From Pecten maximus (taxonomy: Eukaryota), in the NCBI RefSeq assembly GCF_902652985.1, contig NC_047026.1:13082001-13146000 (forward strand): 64,000 nt of DNA, read 5' to 3'. Shown here piece by piece: positions 40,474-52,745 of this stretch. How positions within the stretch are numbered: the stretch's first letter is position 1; every line of letters begins with the position of its first letter. The notes below the pieces were generated by a model. It worked only from the letters and a program-made list of their open reading frames with translations, was not told the origin of the DNA and did no database searches. Made by a program: the position numbers and the translations under genes.

Positions 40474-41618
40474 TGATATTCAGATATATCAGAGTTAATT
40501 CCCTTCCCAGCTGGTATTCTGATCTAGCAGAGTTACGTCCCTTCCCTGATATTCTGATCTATCAGAGTTACTTCCCTTTCCTGATATTCTGATCTATCAG
40601 AGTTAATTCCCTTCCCTGATAATCTGATCTACCAGAGTTACGTCCCTTCCCTGATATTCTGATCTATCAGAGTTACTTCCCTTCCCTGTTGATATTCTGA
40701 TCTACCAGAGTTACGTCCCTTCCCTGTTGATATTCTGATCTATCAGAGTTACGTCCCTTCCCTGATCTTCTGATCTATCAGAGTTACTTCCCTTCCCTAT
40801 TGATATTCTGATCTATCAGAGTTACTTCCCTTCCCTGTTGATATTCTGATCTATCAGAGTTACTTCCCTTCCCTGATATTCTGATCTATCAGAGTTACTT
40901 CCCTTCCCTGATATTCTGATCTATCAGAGTTACTTCCCTTCCCTGATATTCTGATCTATCAGAATTACTTCCCTTCCCTGATATTCTGATCTATCAGAAT
41001 TACTTCCCTTCCCTGATATTCTGATCTCTCAGAGGTACTTCCCCTCCCTGTTGATATTCTGATCTATCAGAGTTACTTTCCCTTCCCTGTTGATATTCTG
41101 ATCTATCAGAGTTACGTCCCTTCCCTGATATTCTGATCTATCAGAGTTACGTCCCTCCCCTGATATTCTGATCTTCCAGAGTTACTTCCCTTCCCTGATA
41201 TTCTGATATACCAGAATTAATTCCCTTCCCTGATATTCTGATCTATCAGAGTTACGTCCCTTCCCTGATATTCTGATCTACAAGAGTTACTTCCCTTCCC
41301 TGATATTCTGATATACCAGAGTTAATTCCCTTCCCTGTTGATATTCTGATCTATCAGAGTTACTTCCCTTCCCTGATATTCTGATCTTTCAGAGTCACTT
41401 CCCTTCCCTGATATTCTGATATACCAGAGTTAATTCCCTTCCCTGATAGTCTGATCTACCAGAGTTACTTCCCTTCCCTGATATTCTGATCTATCAGAGT
41501 TACTTCCCTTCCCTGATATTCTGATCTACCAGAGTTACTTCCCTTCCCTGATATTCTGATCTATCAGAGTTACGTCCCTTCCCTGCTGATATTCTGAGCT
41601 ATCAGAGTTATTTCCCTT
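40474..41618 (+). repeat. Minisatellite, 35/38-bp unit, about 32 copies
   Basis: Unit CTGATATTCTGATCTATCAGAGTTACTTCCCTTCC, with +GTT variants. Confidence 0.97.
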
Positions 41619-41769
41619 CGCTTCACTCTATGGTGGAGCGACAGCCAATCCAAGTTTTCTCTGGCCCAGACACCATGTCAGACCACAGAGACATAAATAT
41701 AGAAATGAATCTCGGGCTAAGCGATAGCTTGACAATCGATTGTGGGCCGAGAATGGGATGGAAGTGCGC

Positions 41770-41905
41770 GATGGGACTTACTGTGCGAGGAAACTGGAAT
41801 ACACAGAGAAACCCCATGTTATCTGACAGGTTACCCCCATACCGTTTCACATCCGATCGAACCCCGACGGTCTAGGTGGAAGGCAAGTGTGTTACCACTG
41901 TGGCA
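41770..41905 (-). mobile_element. Degenerate tRNA-derived SINE
   Basis: Minus strand CAGTGGTAACACACTTGCC...GGGGTTCGATC and core GGTTTCTCTGTGTATTCCAGTTTCCTC. Confidence 0.6.
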
Positions 41906-42735
41906 TGCGATCACCTTGTACTTACAAGATGAAAGCTGGTATTTTATATTGAATATTAAAAAATGTGAAATAAAATCAAATTGAATACTGTTTACAGTTT
42001 TGGATGTAGTTAAATTGATCATGTCACTGAGATTTGCTGTGTTTCGTTTTTCTGTCAAGGTCGACGTCGCCAAAGTCATATTGACTTGCGTGTATAAGAA
42101 TGCACTACATTTATTTCATTTTAATGATTCCGAGGACGGAAATGTAGACTTACATGATTTAATATGAACATATACTACAAAAATATCTAAGTCACTAAAT
42201 ATGATTTTATCTAAATGTCTATTGATTCGATATTATTTTAATCTTTGTATATGGAGCGGACATTGATAAGTTGCAATAATTTGTATCCGATCCTTTTATT
42301 CCTTTTAATATTAACGCAATAAAATTGATTTAAATCTACATAAAATGTACCACGATTTACAATACAGCGGCTTACCACTACATGAGTATATGTTAGATAT
42401 TTCTGAGCACCCTTCAATATTTTCTCGCTAAAATTAAAAATTCCCTTATTTAATTTTTTTTCATATATCGCCTGACCAACAAAAGTTGTCCGCTCATAGA
42501 CGCACTTTACCAAGCTATAATCACATAACTACATGAGATTCAAGATACCCTACGCAAGATTTTAGGTACCCATCTATTTCAAAATGTTCTATAACTGCTT
42601 ACTAATGGATATTTTAAAAGCTAATACTTGTTATTCTGTGGAATAAATTTCGCGTCAATCAATTTACAAACTCACAACCCGTTGTCTATGAGTTAGGAGT
42701 TACATACGCTCTCATACTAGCAAATAAATTCTTGC

Positions 42736-43430
42736 ACTTACCGCATAAACCTCTGTCCTTCCAATGTAAAGCACTAACTACGAAATGCATGGGTCCTAAC
42801 CCTGTCAGAAAGGTACGTGTTTCCGACCTAACGCGAGCTTTGGGTATTCCGGTGTGTACACACCTTTGGTTTCGGATAAACAAGCTGTCGGAAATGTGAC
42901 GAAGTTTATCCAAACACCTCGTCTCCTCCTGTCCCCTCCCGTTTGTCGGTTAAAACTACAAAAGGGGAATAGCCCGGTAGTTACAACACGGACACCGGTG
43001 GGCAGCCATTGAAGCCAGTATGTGGCCCCGCCACCTCCAAGCGCTCCCCCTCCACCGGGAGATAATCTGTGAGCGCGTGGGGGATGATTAGTCTGTGATT
43101 ACAAACACCTCGGGTATAAACACCGTTGAACGGGTGAGAGGAGAGGCGGGGCTTACGAAATCGATCGTCGGTGCCAGGGACGGCAGGTTGTCGGCTTGGA
43201 CCAGATTGGACAAAAAAGACTGACACAGGGTATTACTGTCGTCACAGGAAATAATGCTTTAAAAATCTGACGTAAAGTACGATTATAATTATTACAGGAC
43301 ATACTGTTCATATTAATAACGTATTCATGGCCATTAAAATCTGCAAATGTCGCGCCAGTCAGACGGGGGATCAGATTCTTAATGTCAACGCGGAATATTA
43401 TGATGACAGCGATTTAAAGTGCTTTTAGAA
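42736..43430 (-). promoter_or_regulatory. Promoter/first-exon module A1
   Basis: Homologous to A2-A4 (GC boxes, GAGATAATCTGTGAGCGCGTGGGGGATGATTAG core). Donor CG|GTAAGT at 42741. Confidence 0.6.
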
Positions 43431-44854
43431 TAATATTTTGTCAGTACTTTGATTGGGTTCCTCTCGTTTATACAACCTTGCTTTAGATATAACGAAGGAT
43501 CAAGCGGTGATAGCTTTTACAAAGTTAACTTTTTTTTTTTTTTTTTTTTAAATTTTTAATGCATCTGTTAGAAATGTAAACCCCTTATATCTCTTCAAAA
43601 ATGGCTTTGAAAAAAATAAATAAAAGGAATCGCATATTTAAACCAGTCAATAATAAGTTATCTAGGAAGTCGGACCTTGGGGTTTATTTTTTATTCTGGG
43701 TCAAATGATATCTAAGGGACATAACTCCCATAGAATTATCCCGTTCTGATTTATCAGAGTTACTTCCCCTCGTCTCAATAAAACAAACAACGTTTCAGAA
43801 AAAAATATCAATGCAGTTATAAATATTTCTCTTACATGAGAAATCTACCATAAGCCTTATAATGTCATCCTCTTCATATACATGTGTATACCTAGTTGTT
43901 AGTAGAGAATTTACAAAATTGATATTAGATAATTAGATTTTTACCGACCCATAGCTGGGTTTCGTTTCACCGATCGACTATATAAAATTAAAACCAAATT
44001 CTCCCTACCAAACGTATGGTATCTTCATGGAACATAAGATGGCTTTAATAAAATATTCACAGGAATTCGGAAGAACATTACTATTGATGAGAAAAATTAC
44101 ATTATATAACATCTGCAATGAATATATCTTCAGTGCCGAGAAAAAATATTTTCACTCCCTTGAATATCTCCGGTTTAAATGAAATTAAAAACTCAGCGTA
44201 AATAACAAAATAAATTCATAGCATGTGTAACCACTGTTAGTGTTTGTTTTAATCATGCCTGGAAGAATAAGAAACCTGTTTTACCTCATACTAAGTTACA
44301 CCAAAAACAAATATACCTGTGTATTCAGACCTGATTTAATGAAATGGAAAACTCGCCCAGGGAACGTGTATTATAATTGTACTGTTTTTAAAAATGACTG
44401 TTAATAGTTAATAAGATTATTGGGTTCGGTTGGAAAAACAACACAGAAATTATAATCTAAACTCCCAGTCGATGTAGGATGATGGAGAGAAATGCAGCAT
44501 CAGGACCCAGTATGGCCACTATGTGATGATAGATGAGATCTATTATTTATTCGTGTGTTATAATGATAATAAAACTGCTGAGATTGAAAAATATTATTTA
44601 TTATTTTATCATTTATTTAAAAATGCGATGAAACAGTGAGGTTTAAAATTACAATTCACGTTGTGTATATCATCATTTACTACCGATATTTGTGAATAGC
44701 ATTGTCTGGCATACACTTTAAGTGCGTAACATGCATGACCTTTTGTCAAACATAGAGTTTCTAGGTGTTTTCGAAATCTACTTAACTCGATGTTTATCTT
44801 TAAGTTGCTATGATACAAATCGTCGTTTGATATAGTTAACAGAATTTCTAAGGA

Positions 44855-46830
44855 TTGATTTTGATTTAAACATATTTTATTTGTCATTTACAATTTGTTA
44901 CAAAGGGATTGGGCACAAGTTTTCCAACTTATATTAAGCCCTCTCCCGATACAATTTTACATTGAGAAAAAATTCACATGATGGTAGTTTTATTTACATA
45001 TTTACAATCTAATTTTATAAGAAATAAAGAGAAAGAGAGAGAGAGACAGAAGGGGAGGGAGACGGAGAGAAAGGGGAAGAGAGGGGGAGTTGGAGGGGGG
45101 AAGGAAGAGAGAGACAGAAAGAGATTTTATAAGATATTGATACAAATAATCTTATATATATGGGATATACATGTATATCTAAATACTTCAAAAAGACAAA
45201 TAGTTTTGTGGTAGACCTAAGCGGACTCGGGCAACAATCACTTTGGTACACAATTCGACTTTCCTTTCGTTCAAACTTGTCTAATGTCTATGATAATCCA
45301 TGCCAGTGGTGTCTTCCTCCTTTTCTTTTCTGGTCCTTCATTTATAACATTTCACACACACCCGAATGTCACCCGAGTCCGCAAAGACAAAAATACAATG
45401 TACATTAATTTCCAATTAAGATATTTTTAAAATCTATTTGTATTTTTAATAAATAGTTGGGTTGATTGGCATATAGTTACATTTTCTTGATGAGAAAGTT
45501 CATTTTTTCCGAATAGCAGAAGTTGCAGGTCTAGTGGGATGAAATAATTTAGATCACGAAACAGTTGCAAACGCTGAACAGAGTAATTATTACATTCAAA
45601 AAAGAAATGATATGCATCTTCAACAGGGTGTCCACATTGGCAGTGTTTAAAATTAATCAAATTTGCATGAAATAAATCGTTGTTAAGAGTACTAGATCTG
45701 TTTCTTAATCTTGCATGCATAATGTTATGTTTTCTGTCACCAATTTGATAGTAGAAGGGAACTTTTGTGTCTGTAAAATTTTGAAGAGAATGTTTAAAGG
45801 CCGAGTACGTAACACTTTGTCGGATTTCGTTATCTAAATGATTCCATAGTTGGATAGTAGAGGGAAAGAAAGATGAATTAGTAAGATGTAAACGGTAATT
45901 TGGTAACGAGTAATTATTGGCATTTCTAAGGTTATATTGAGAATTTTCTGATACTAATGGTGGAAGAAGTGATGTTAGGTAATTTGGAGATAATTTATGT
46001 TTAATTTTATAAAAAAGCTGCAATTTTCGCCTAGAGCGTCTAATAGCAAGAGGTTCTAAACCACTTTCAGAATATAATGACTGTATACTAGTGTAAGATG
46101 GTAATCCCGTAATCACACGTGCAGCTTCTAGTTGAAGTTTTTCTAGTTTATCTGAGTCACCGAGACTACACCCATCCCATACCTCACAACAATATTCTAA
46201 TAATGGTATAATATACGAAGTATATATTCTATATAAAGTGTGGCGATTTAATATATATTTAAGCTTACGCAAAACACTTATCTGTTTCGATACCTTTTTA
46301 CAAATACCATCAATATGACTGGTCCATTTACAATTTCCGTCCAATATAACTCCCAAGTGCCTATGATTTTCTACGAAGTTCACACTAACATTATCAAATT
46401 TAATATCAATTTCTAAGGACGCACTGGTTTCAACAAATTTTGTTGAGTTAAGGATGTATATCTTTTAGCTTTTAATTTTAGGTATCAGATGAAAATCCAC
46501 GTAATAGGTTTTAGAAATATCATTAATGTGACATATCAATTTGAAATAAGATAACAGGATCTTGACATGGATCCATTTAATAATATATTTTATATGTCAA
46601 GCCCCTTTGAATTAGATCCTAGTGTCTGTCATACACTTAAATATATTTCTATTAAATAATCTGTCTAATTATTGTGATATTCACAAATCACGCCGTAGCT
46701 GTTTCTATATCAGAGTAAGAAAAGTAAAGTCAGTTTAGAGGCCACGAAAACAAGATTACCAGTTATATTATAGAAAAATAGGAGTCAAAAGACTGAGCCT
46801 TGTGGTATACCAGCATCAGTAGAGTTAATT
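44855..46830 (-). mobile_element. LINE (CR1/L2-clade-like) 3' portion; open ORF2 C-terminal segment 45427-46383
   Basis: ORF has post-RT motifs (HRHLGVILD, LEYCCEVW, LEKLQLEAARVITG) and a C-terminal CQCG...EDAYHFFFEC zinc knuckle. A decayed GIPQGS RT motif lies at ~46790-46812, and an AATAAA plus (AATC)n tail at ~44855-44882. Confidence 0.85.
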
Positions 46831-47043
46831 TGAGTGAGTTTTTAGTGAAAGTAAATTTCCTATTTTGTCACTGGTGTAGATGAATGCACTGGTTGCATTT
46901 ATACATACAATGTATTCCACAATAAGACAAAATATGCTAAAAATATAAACTTCAATCTACAGGTGACACTGAAATATAAGAAATACCAGTCCCGGGGAAA
47001 TATTTAATTAAAATGTAATAAATTCTCAGGCCAACCATCATTT

Positions 47044-47618
47044 AGCGTGGGAATCGAAGATTCTCACAAAGCAGGTGTTTTTCCTACTAATTCCATGTGT
47101 AAATTTGAGGGAGTTTTTAGTGAAAGTAAACGTCCTATTTTGTTACTGGTGATAAGGTGTTACGGATATTGCACGAACATATATCTTTATTAGGGGTCAG
47201 TACCGGGTGTCGGATATCGGGGGCCAGGTGAGAGAAACACCTTTCAGGACCCATTAGGGGCTGAGTACTCATGACAACATTGTCAGGTAAACTCGGATAT
47301 GGGCAGGTATATCTCTCAGTATGACCACTAATTAACACGGATTTTTACCTGTAATCAACCTCTACACCTCTGATGGGGCACTCATGGTGGAAACATATAG
47401 GGCAAGTCAACGTTAGTGTTTATCATCGACACTCAATATCATAGCTGTATCAATGGTTGAAATATTTGGTGACAATAACGAACCGATAATTTACTAAAAT
47501 TTATTTATTTTCTTCTTTCAAACCTTTTAGACTTTCCATTGCGAAAACTCAGAAAAAATTTTTTTATAGACTTCAGTTTGACAAACTTAGTAACTAAGAG
47601 TTTTGCTTCCCTGGATTA
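47044..47618. promoter_or_regulatory. Conserved element B1 (CSL site + E-box + 81-bp invariant core)
   Basis: AGCGTGGGAA at 47044; core 47182-47338 nearly identical to B2-B4. Confidence 0.6.
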
Positions 47619-48114
47619 ATTTTCAGCAATGAAAAACATGTAACTTATGCATACATTTCGAGTACAAAAATCAGAGTCCCACTGCGAAAGAAGGATTAAG
47701 CTAATTGGCTGAGTTACAATAATGCTAATGAGTTACTCATAACGAGATTATCGAGCACTCTTTGACGTCTTAATCTCCCCACAATCAGTGTCTTCAATAT
47801 CTACAGAGTTGTCGTTCCTGTCAATTGGTAAAATTTGATTTTCGACCGTTTTTCTGCACTAAATTTGATATAATCTTTCAACATTATTTTCTGTATTTAT
47901 CTTGGATAAATCTTATATTAAAAGTCTTCAATTTTGAAGAACCTCGTGTGTTTTATAAGCCGCAATTAAATGTTAATTTCTCGTGAATTTATTTATTTTT
48001 AATGGGGAGCATTTGGCATGTAATAATGACAGACTTATCCTAAAAAAACAACAACAACAACAAATAAAATAAATTTAAAAAAAAATTAAAAGCACACACA
48101 AATAGATTTACCCA

Positions 48115-48690
48115 CAAATTAAAATCTAACTCACCAAGTCTCTAGTCTCTGTTAGTTTCGCACTGTTCGAAAGCAAATCCCAACTGGCCAGTTCTACCAA
48201 AAACACGGGACTACCAAACCCAGCCACGTGTTGTTACTGTGTATATACAACCTGTCGGAATATTGACGAAATGGTCCAAACCTTCACCTCTGTCGGATAA
48301 ACTACAAAGTTTAAACACAGGTGGGCATTCCTTGAAGTCAGTATGTGGCCCCGCCCCCTCCACGCACTCCTCCTCCGTGGAAAGATAATCTGTGAGCGCG
48401 TGGGGGGTGATTAGTTTGTGATTACAACACCCCAGGGAGATATACACTGTCGGACAGGTGAGAGATAGGGGCGGGGTTTACGGGATGGCGTCATAGACGG
48501 ATATTGCGCCAGATTTGATAGAAAGACTTACACAGGGTTGTAAGGACGACACAGGGGATGGTACGATTATATCAAGGGATTATATCCATTTTAATATCAT
48601 ATTTGCATAAGTCAACAGAATATATGGCCATTAGGATTGGCAAGTGTCGCACCAGTAAAACAGGGGATCAAATTCCCAATTTCAACGAAA
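48115..48690 (-). promoter_or_regulatory. Promoter/first-exon module A2
   Basis: CCCCGCCCC and GGGGCGGGG boxes; donor TG|GTGAGT at 48134. Confidence 0.6.
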
Positions 48691-49399
48691 ACTTTCAGAT
48701 ATTTCTTCCATACTATAATTAAGATTGACTCAAATTCAAGAGTTCCATCATTTACCTTCCCTTTGTGTTACCGTTATATATAACGTAGCTTTATCTACAT
48801 GTTAACCAAAGGAGTTGGGTGCTGTCAGTCACAAACTTTCAAAAATCAGATATTCTTTGATTTTCTATTGATATCTAATATTTAACCAGCCAGAAAACCC
48901 TATCTCAAACCAATGTTTAGAATTCAAAAAATGGTAAGGATCAGATAAATCGCTTTCCCGTAAGAACGAGATCAAATTGGAAAAATGAGCTTGATTTAAC
49001 ATAAATTCAATATTTCTAAAAAAAAAATAGAAAAAAAATCAATAAAAAAAATCTTAATTAAACTTAATTCAAAGGGACATAACTCCTATAGCAATGAAAG
49101 TGCAAGGAAATACATAAATGGACAGAGGACTGGAAACTCATGCCAAGTCCATGCGTACTAGACAAAATAATGTTTGTTTTATAATAACGGGCATTCAAAG
49201 TCAAAAGTTATCAAGCTAACTTTACGGATGACATGAATGAGAATGCCATCAATGGATACATGAGAAGGACACATTCGGTTGAGCTTGTAAAATTTACTCG
49301 CAAGGATTTGGCTTTAAAAGAAAGACAACTTCTGTCGAAATCTAATTGGCTTTTGATTAATTAACTATGCATTTCTTACTCATTTTTTCTATTTTTTTT

Positions 49400-49965
49400 T
49401 TTCATTGTTTCGTTTGAATTTATTCTTTATCATTAAGCTATCAGAAATTGACGTTTCCAAATTTGTAGAGGCGAATCGAATATCACACTCTCCAAACAGT
49501 TTCACAGTTAATTTTCTTGCATCTGATGGCATTCCGTTGACTTTATTAGAAAACTCATCTCATCATATCAAAAGTTCTGCGGTTAGTGCCGTTTGAGAAA
49601 TATATAATCAGTGTAAAGAATCAATAAGAAAAACGCGCCTAGAGTTAAACTCGAATCAATATTCGAAACTCAATAAATTTGTAATAATGTGTTGCATCCA
49701 ATTGCACGAGAAAACTACATGTAATTATAAGTACATCCGGAATAAGTCACGCTCCAGTTTCGTCCGATTTTCCTAATTTAAGGAAATTATTTGACTACTT
49801 CTGATTGTAATTCTACATCGGACTCAGACAATTAAGATAACTAAGTGTCGTAAAAAGGTGAGAGAAAAACATACGCTCAATACCAATGTGTTATCTTAGA
49901 AAAGTTAGGGTCAGAATACTGATCCTTGGGTTATACCACCATGAGTATGAATTAATTTTAGAGGG
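49400..49965 (-). mobile_element. Highly decayed LINE RT remnant
   Basis: Minus strand GGTATAACCCAAGGATCAGTATTC (GxxQGSV-like) at ~49913-49937 and a CHQM-like segment near 49520. Same relative position as the RT remnant before B1. Confidence 0.4.
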
Positions 49966-50021
49966 TTCACATTGAATATAACTTGCTGACTGCGATCCTT
50001 CAAATCCATTGAAAATGTACA

Positions 50022-50232
50022 GTTTGGTTTGTTTGGTTTGTTTTTGTTTAACGTCCTATTAACAGCCAGGGTCACTTAAGGACGTGTCAGGTTTTGGAGG
50101 TGGAGGAAAGCCGGAGTACCCGGAGAAAAACCACCGGCCTACGGTCAGTACCTGGCAACTGCCCCACGTAGGTTTCGAACTCGCAACCTAGTGGTGGAGG
50201 GCTAGTGTTAAAGTGTCGGGACACCTTAACCA
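50022..50232 (-). mobile_element. Near full-length tRNA-derived SINE
   Basis: B box GAGTTCGAAACC, central TTTCTCCGGGTACTCCGGCTTTCCTCCAC domain and (CAAAC)n tail. Confidence 0.85.
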
Positions 50233-50416
50233 AGGTACAGGTACAGAAAGAAACACTACTTTATTTATAATGTAAAAAAGAGTATTTCTATTTCCATAGA
50301 TACATATTCTGTTTAAAATCTACAGTCATCTATCTTCAGGCTCAACAGAAACCTGAGAATTACTTAAATGTAACTATATATATATAATACTGTATCTATG
50401 ACCCCTTCAGAAACCT

Positions 50417-50702
50417 AGCGTGGGAAACCAAGATTCTTACAAACCAGATGTTTTCCTACTAATTCCCTATGTAAAGGCAGATCAGGCGTTGGGACGGATA
50501 TTGCACGTACATATACATTGTATCTTTATTAGGGGTCAGTACCGGGTGTCGGATTTCAGGGGCCAGGTGAGAGAAACACCTTTCAGGACCCATTAGGGGC
50601 TGAGTACTCATGACAACATTGTCAGGTAAACTCGGATATAGACAGGTATATCTCTCAGTATGACCACTAATTAACACTGAATTATACCCATAATTAATCT
50701 CT
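50417..50702. promoter_or_regulatory. Conserved element B2
   Basis: AGCGTGGGAA at 50417; core 50521-50678. Confidence 0.6.
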
Positions 50703-50950
50703 GTACATAGGATTATATTCCAAGATCGGTTTGGTCAAGTTCAACTTTTTCATTTTCACTCAGCCACACTTTGTGTGGAACAAGAGGTCACATTTATATT
50801 TATAAAATGCAGTGATTCACATATTCTTAAACTTTATCTTTGTACATATATGGTAAATACAGGATCCAAGTTATCCTATTTAACATGTTCAGATTCTTTA
50901 TTTCCTTGTGTTTTTCAACACATCAGAGAGACATTACAAAACAATACAAT

Positions 50951-51111
50951 GTAATATATTATGACACAATTCACATTTACAAAAGTACATGTCCATTACA
51001 CTTAATATACACATACATGTATAACATACAATGTACATGTAATATATTATGACACAATTCACATTTACAAAAGTACATGTCCATTACGCTTAATATACAC
51101 ATACATGTATA
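50951..51111 (+). repeat. Two-copy tandem duplication (~88-bp period)
   Basis: GTAATATATTATGACACAATTCACATTTACAAAAGTACATGTCCATTAC... repeated. Confidence 0.85.
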
Positions 51112-52094
51112 TGTATACGTACACTTTAGTATTACCATATATTATAGAAATGAACATAACGTCATCATGGCAGTACACAATAGTTCATGAACGTTAAAAA
51201 AATAGACTGGCATATAGTAAATTAAACAATTAAGTGATGTTATTACGTGGTTTTGTCGCTAAATAAAGGAATTTTCCTAGCTTACTCAATACAGAAACAT
51301 ATTGAACACTTAATAATTGTATCAACTTATAAACACTTGGTCTTCTATAATATTATGGCTTAATGTATGTAATTCGAATATTGTTATAAAAATTACATTT
51401 GAGAATAAAATGGTATTCATCCTCAATATCATTACCTTGACATAATGTACATATTCTTTGCTCTCTGCTGATTTCTGTATCTTGCTTGTTCTATATTGAG
51501 ATTGTGAGAGCTTAATCTAGATCTAGCTATTTGTTTTTTTATACTGGTCATCTATAGGCTTACACAAGTAGAACTGTAAAGAGAATTTATCAATAACATG
51601 TTGATATATTTTACCTTTAGAAATATTACTAATATTTGATAGAAGCTCCTCTTGATAAACATCGTAAAATCTTTGTTTAATCACATTAAAAGCTATTTTC
51701 TCGCTACATTCAGAATTCCATCAATAATTTATGTTAACACGGATATATGGCCCGATCAGTAAATCACCTGAGTTATACTAATGATAATGAGTTTCTCAGA
51801 CAAGATTACAGAGTACACCTTGACGTTTTAATCTCCACATCAATTAATATTCATGATACATAACTATCTATCTGAGTTGTCGTTCCTGTCAATCGGCAAA
51901 ACTTACTTGTTAAACACCTATACTTATGTTTATCTTAAATACACCTAAACTTTAAAGTATTAAAGAACCCGTATTAATTTGAAAGATCAGGCCGAAATCG
52001 TAAATAAATCTTAATTAAAACGTTTTGCATGAATATAATTTTTTAGTTTTACCATTTCTCTATATAGATTTAAAAATATAAACAAAATTTAAGA

Positions 52095-52745
52095 AGTGTT
52101 AAAATCTAACTCACCACGTTTGTAAAGATGTCTCTTCAAAATCGAATATCAGAATGATCAGGTTCCACCGAGCACGCGCGACTTCAAAACAAAGTCACGT
52201 GTTATTCCGGTGTTTATAGAGATACACGTGAATATACAACCTGTCGAAATTTTGACGAAATTGTCCAAACCCTCCCGTTTGTCGGTCAAATCTACAAAGG
52301 GGCACTGGTCCGGTAGATACAACACGGGTACAGGTGGACACAGGTGGGCAGTCATTGAAGCCAGCAGGAGACCCCGCCCCCTCCACGCGCGGGAGATAAT
52401 CTGTGAGCGCGTGGGGGATGATTAGTTTGTGATTACAAACACCTCAGGTATATACACCGTTAAACAGGTGAGAGAGAGGGGCGGGGCTTACGAAATCGTC
52501 CATCGGTGCCAGCGACGACGTGTTGTCGGCGTGGACCGAATTGGACGAAAAGACGCACAGGAAATGATTCTTTTAAATTCTTGCGTAAATAAACTTTCTA
52601 ATGTAAATGATAAGGGTTTATTAACGAGAGACTTATCCTGGCCCTTAAATCTAGGATAGTCGCGCCTGTCAGATTTGGGATCAGATTCCCAATGTCAACA
52701 AGCAATTGTCTTTACTGTGATAATAGTGATTTCAGGCGCTTTAAG
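52095..52745 (-). promoter_or_regulatory. Promoter/first-exon module A3
   Basis: Minus-strand TATAAA at 52213-52218, CACGTG boxes, GC boxes at ~52372 and ~52478, donor TG|GTGAGT at 52114. Confidence 0.65.

Noticed and set aside
42790-42810. CTAACCCT as a telomerase RNA template
   Set aside because: Isolated 8-mer that does not extend to a full template, with no pseudoknot or H/ACA domain recognisable.
45427-46383. Host protein-coding gene of 318 aa
   Set aside because: Intronless LINE ORF2 C-terminal fragment next to a decayed RT motif and a LINE tail.
47270-47330. Hammerhead ribozyme in the B core (minus-strand CTGAGAG-stem)
   Set aside because: Lacks the CUGANGA and GAAA consensus core.
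35405-50232. tRNA genes at the A/B-box sites
   Set aside because: No complete cloverleaf; the boxes are attached to SINE core and tail sequences.
42981-52659. ORFs over the A modules (42981-43226, 48211-48447, 52158-52659)
   Set aside because: Frames are not preserved between copies because of indels that are not multiples of three. The motif content fits a promoter.
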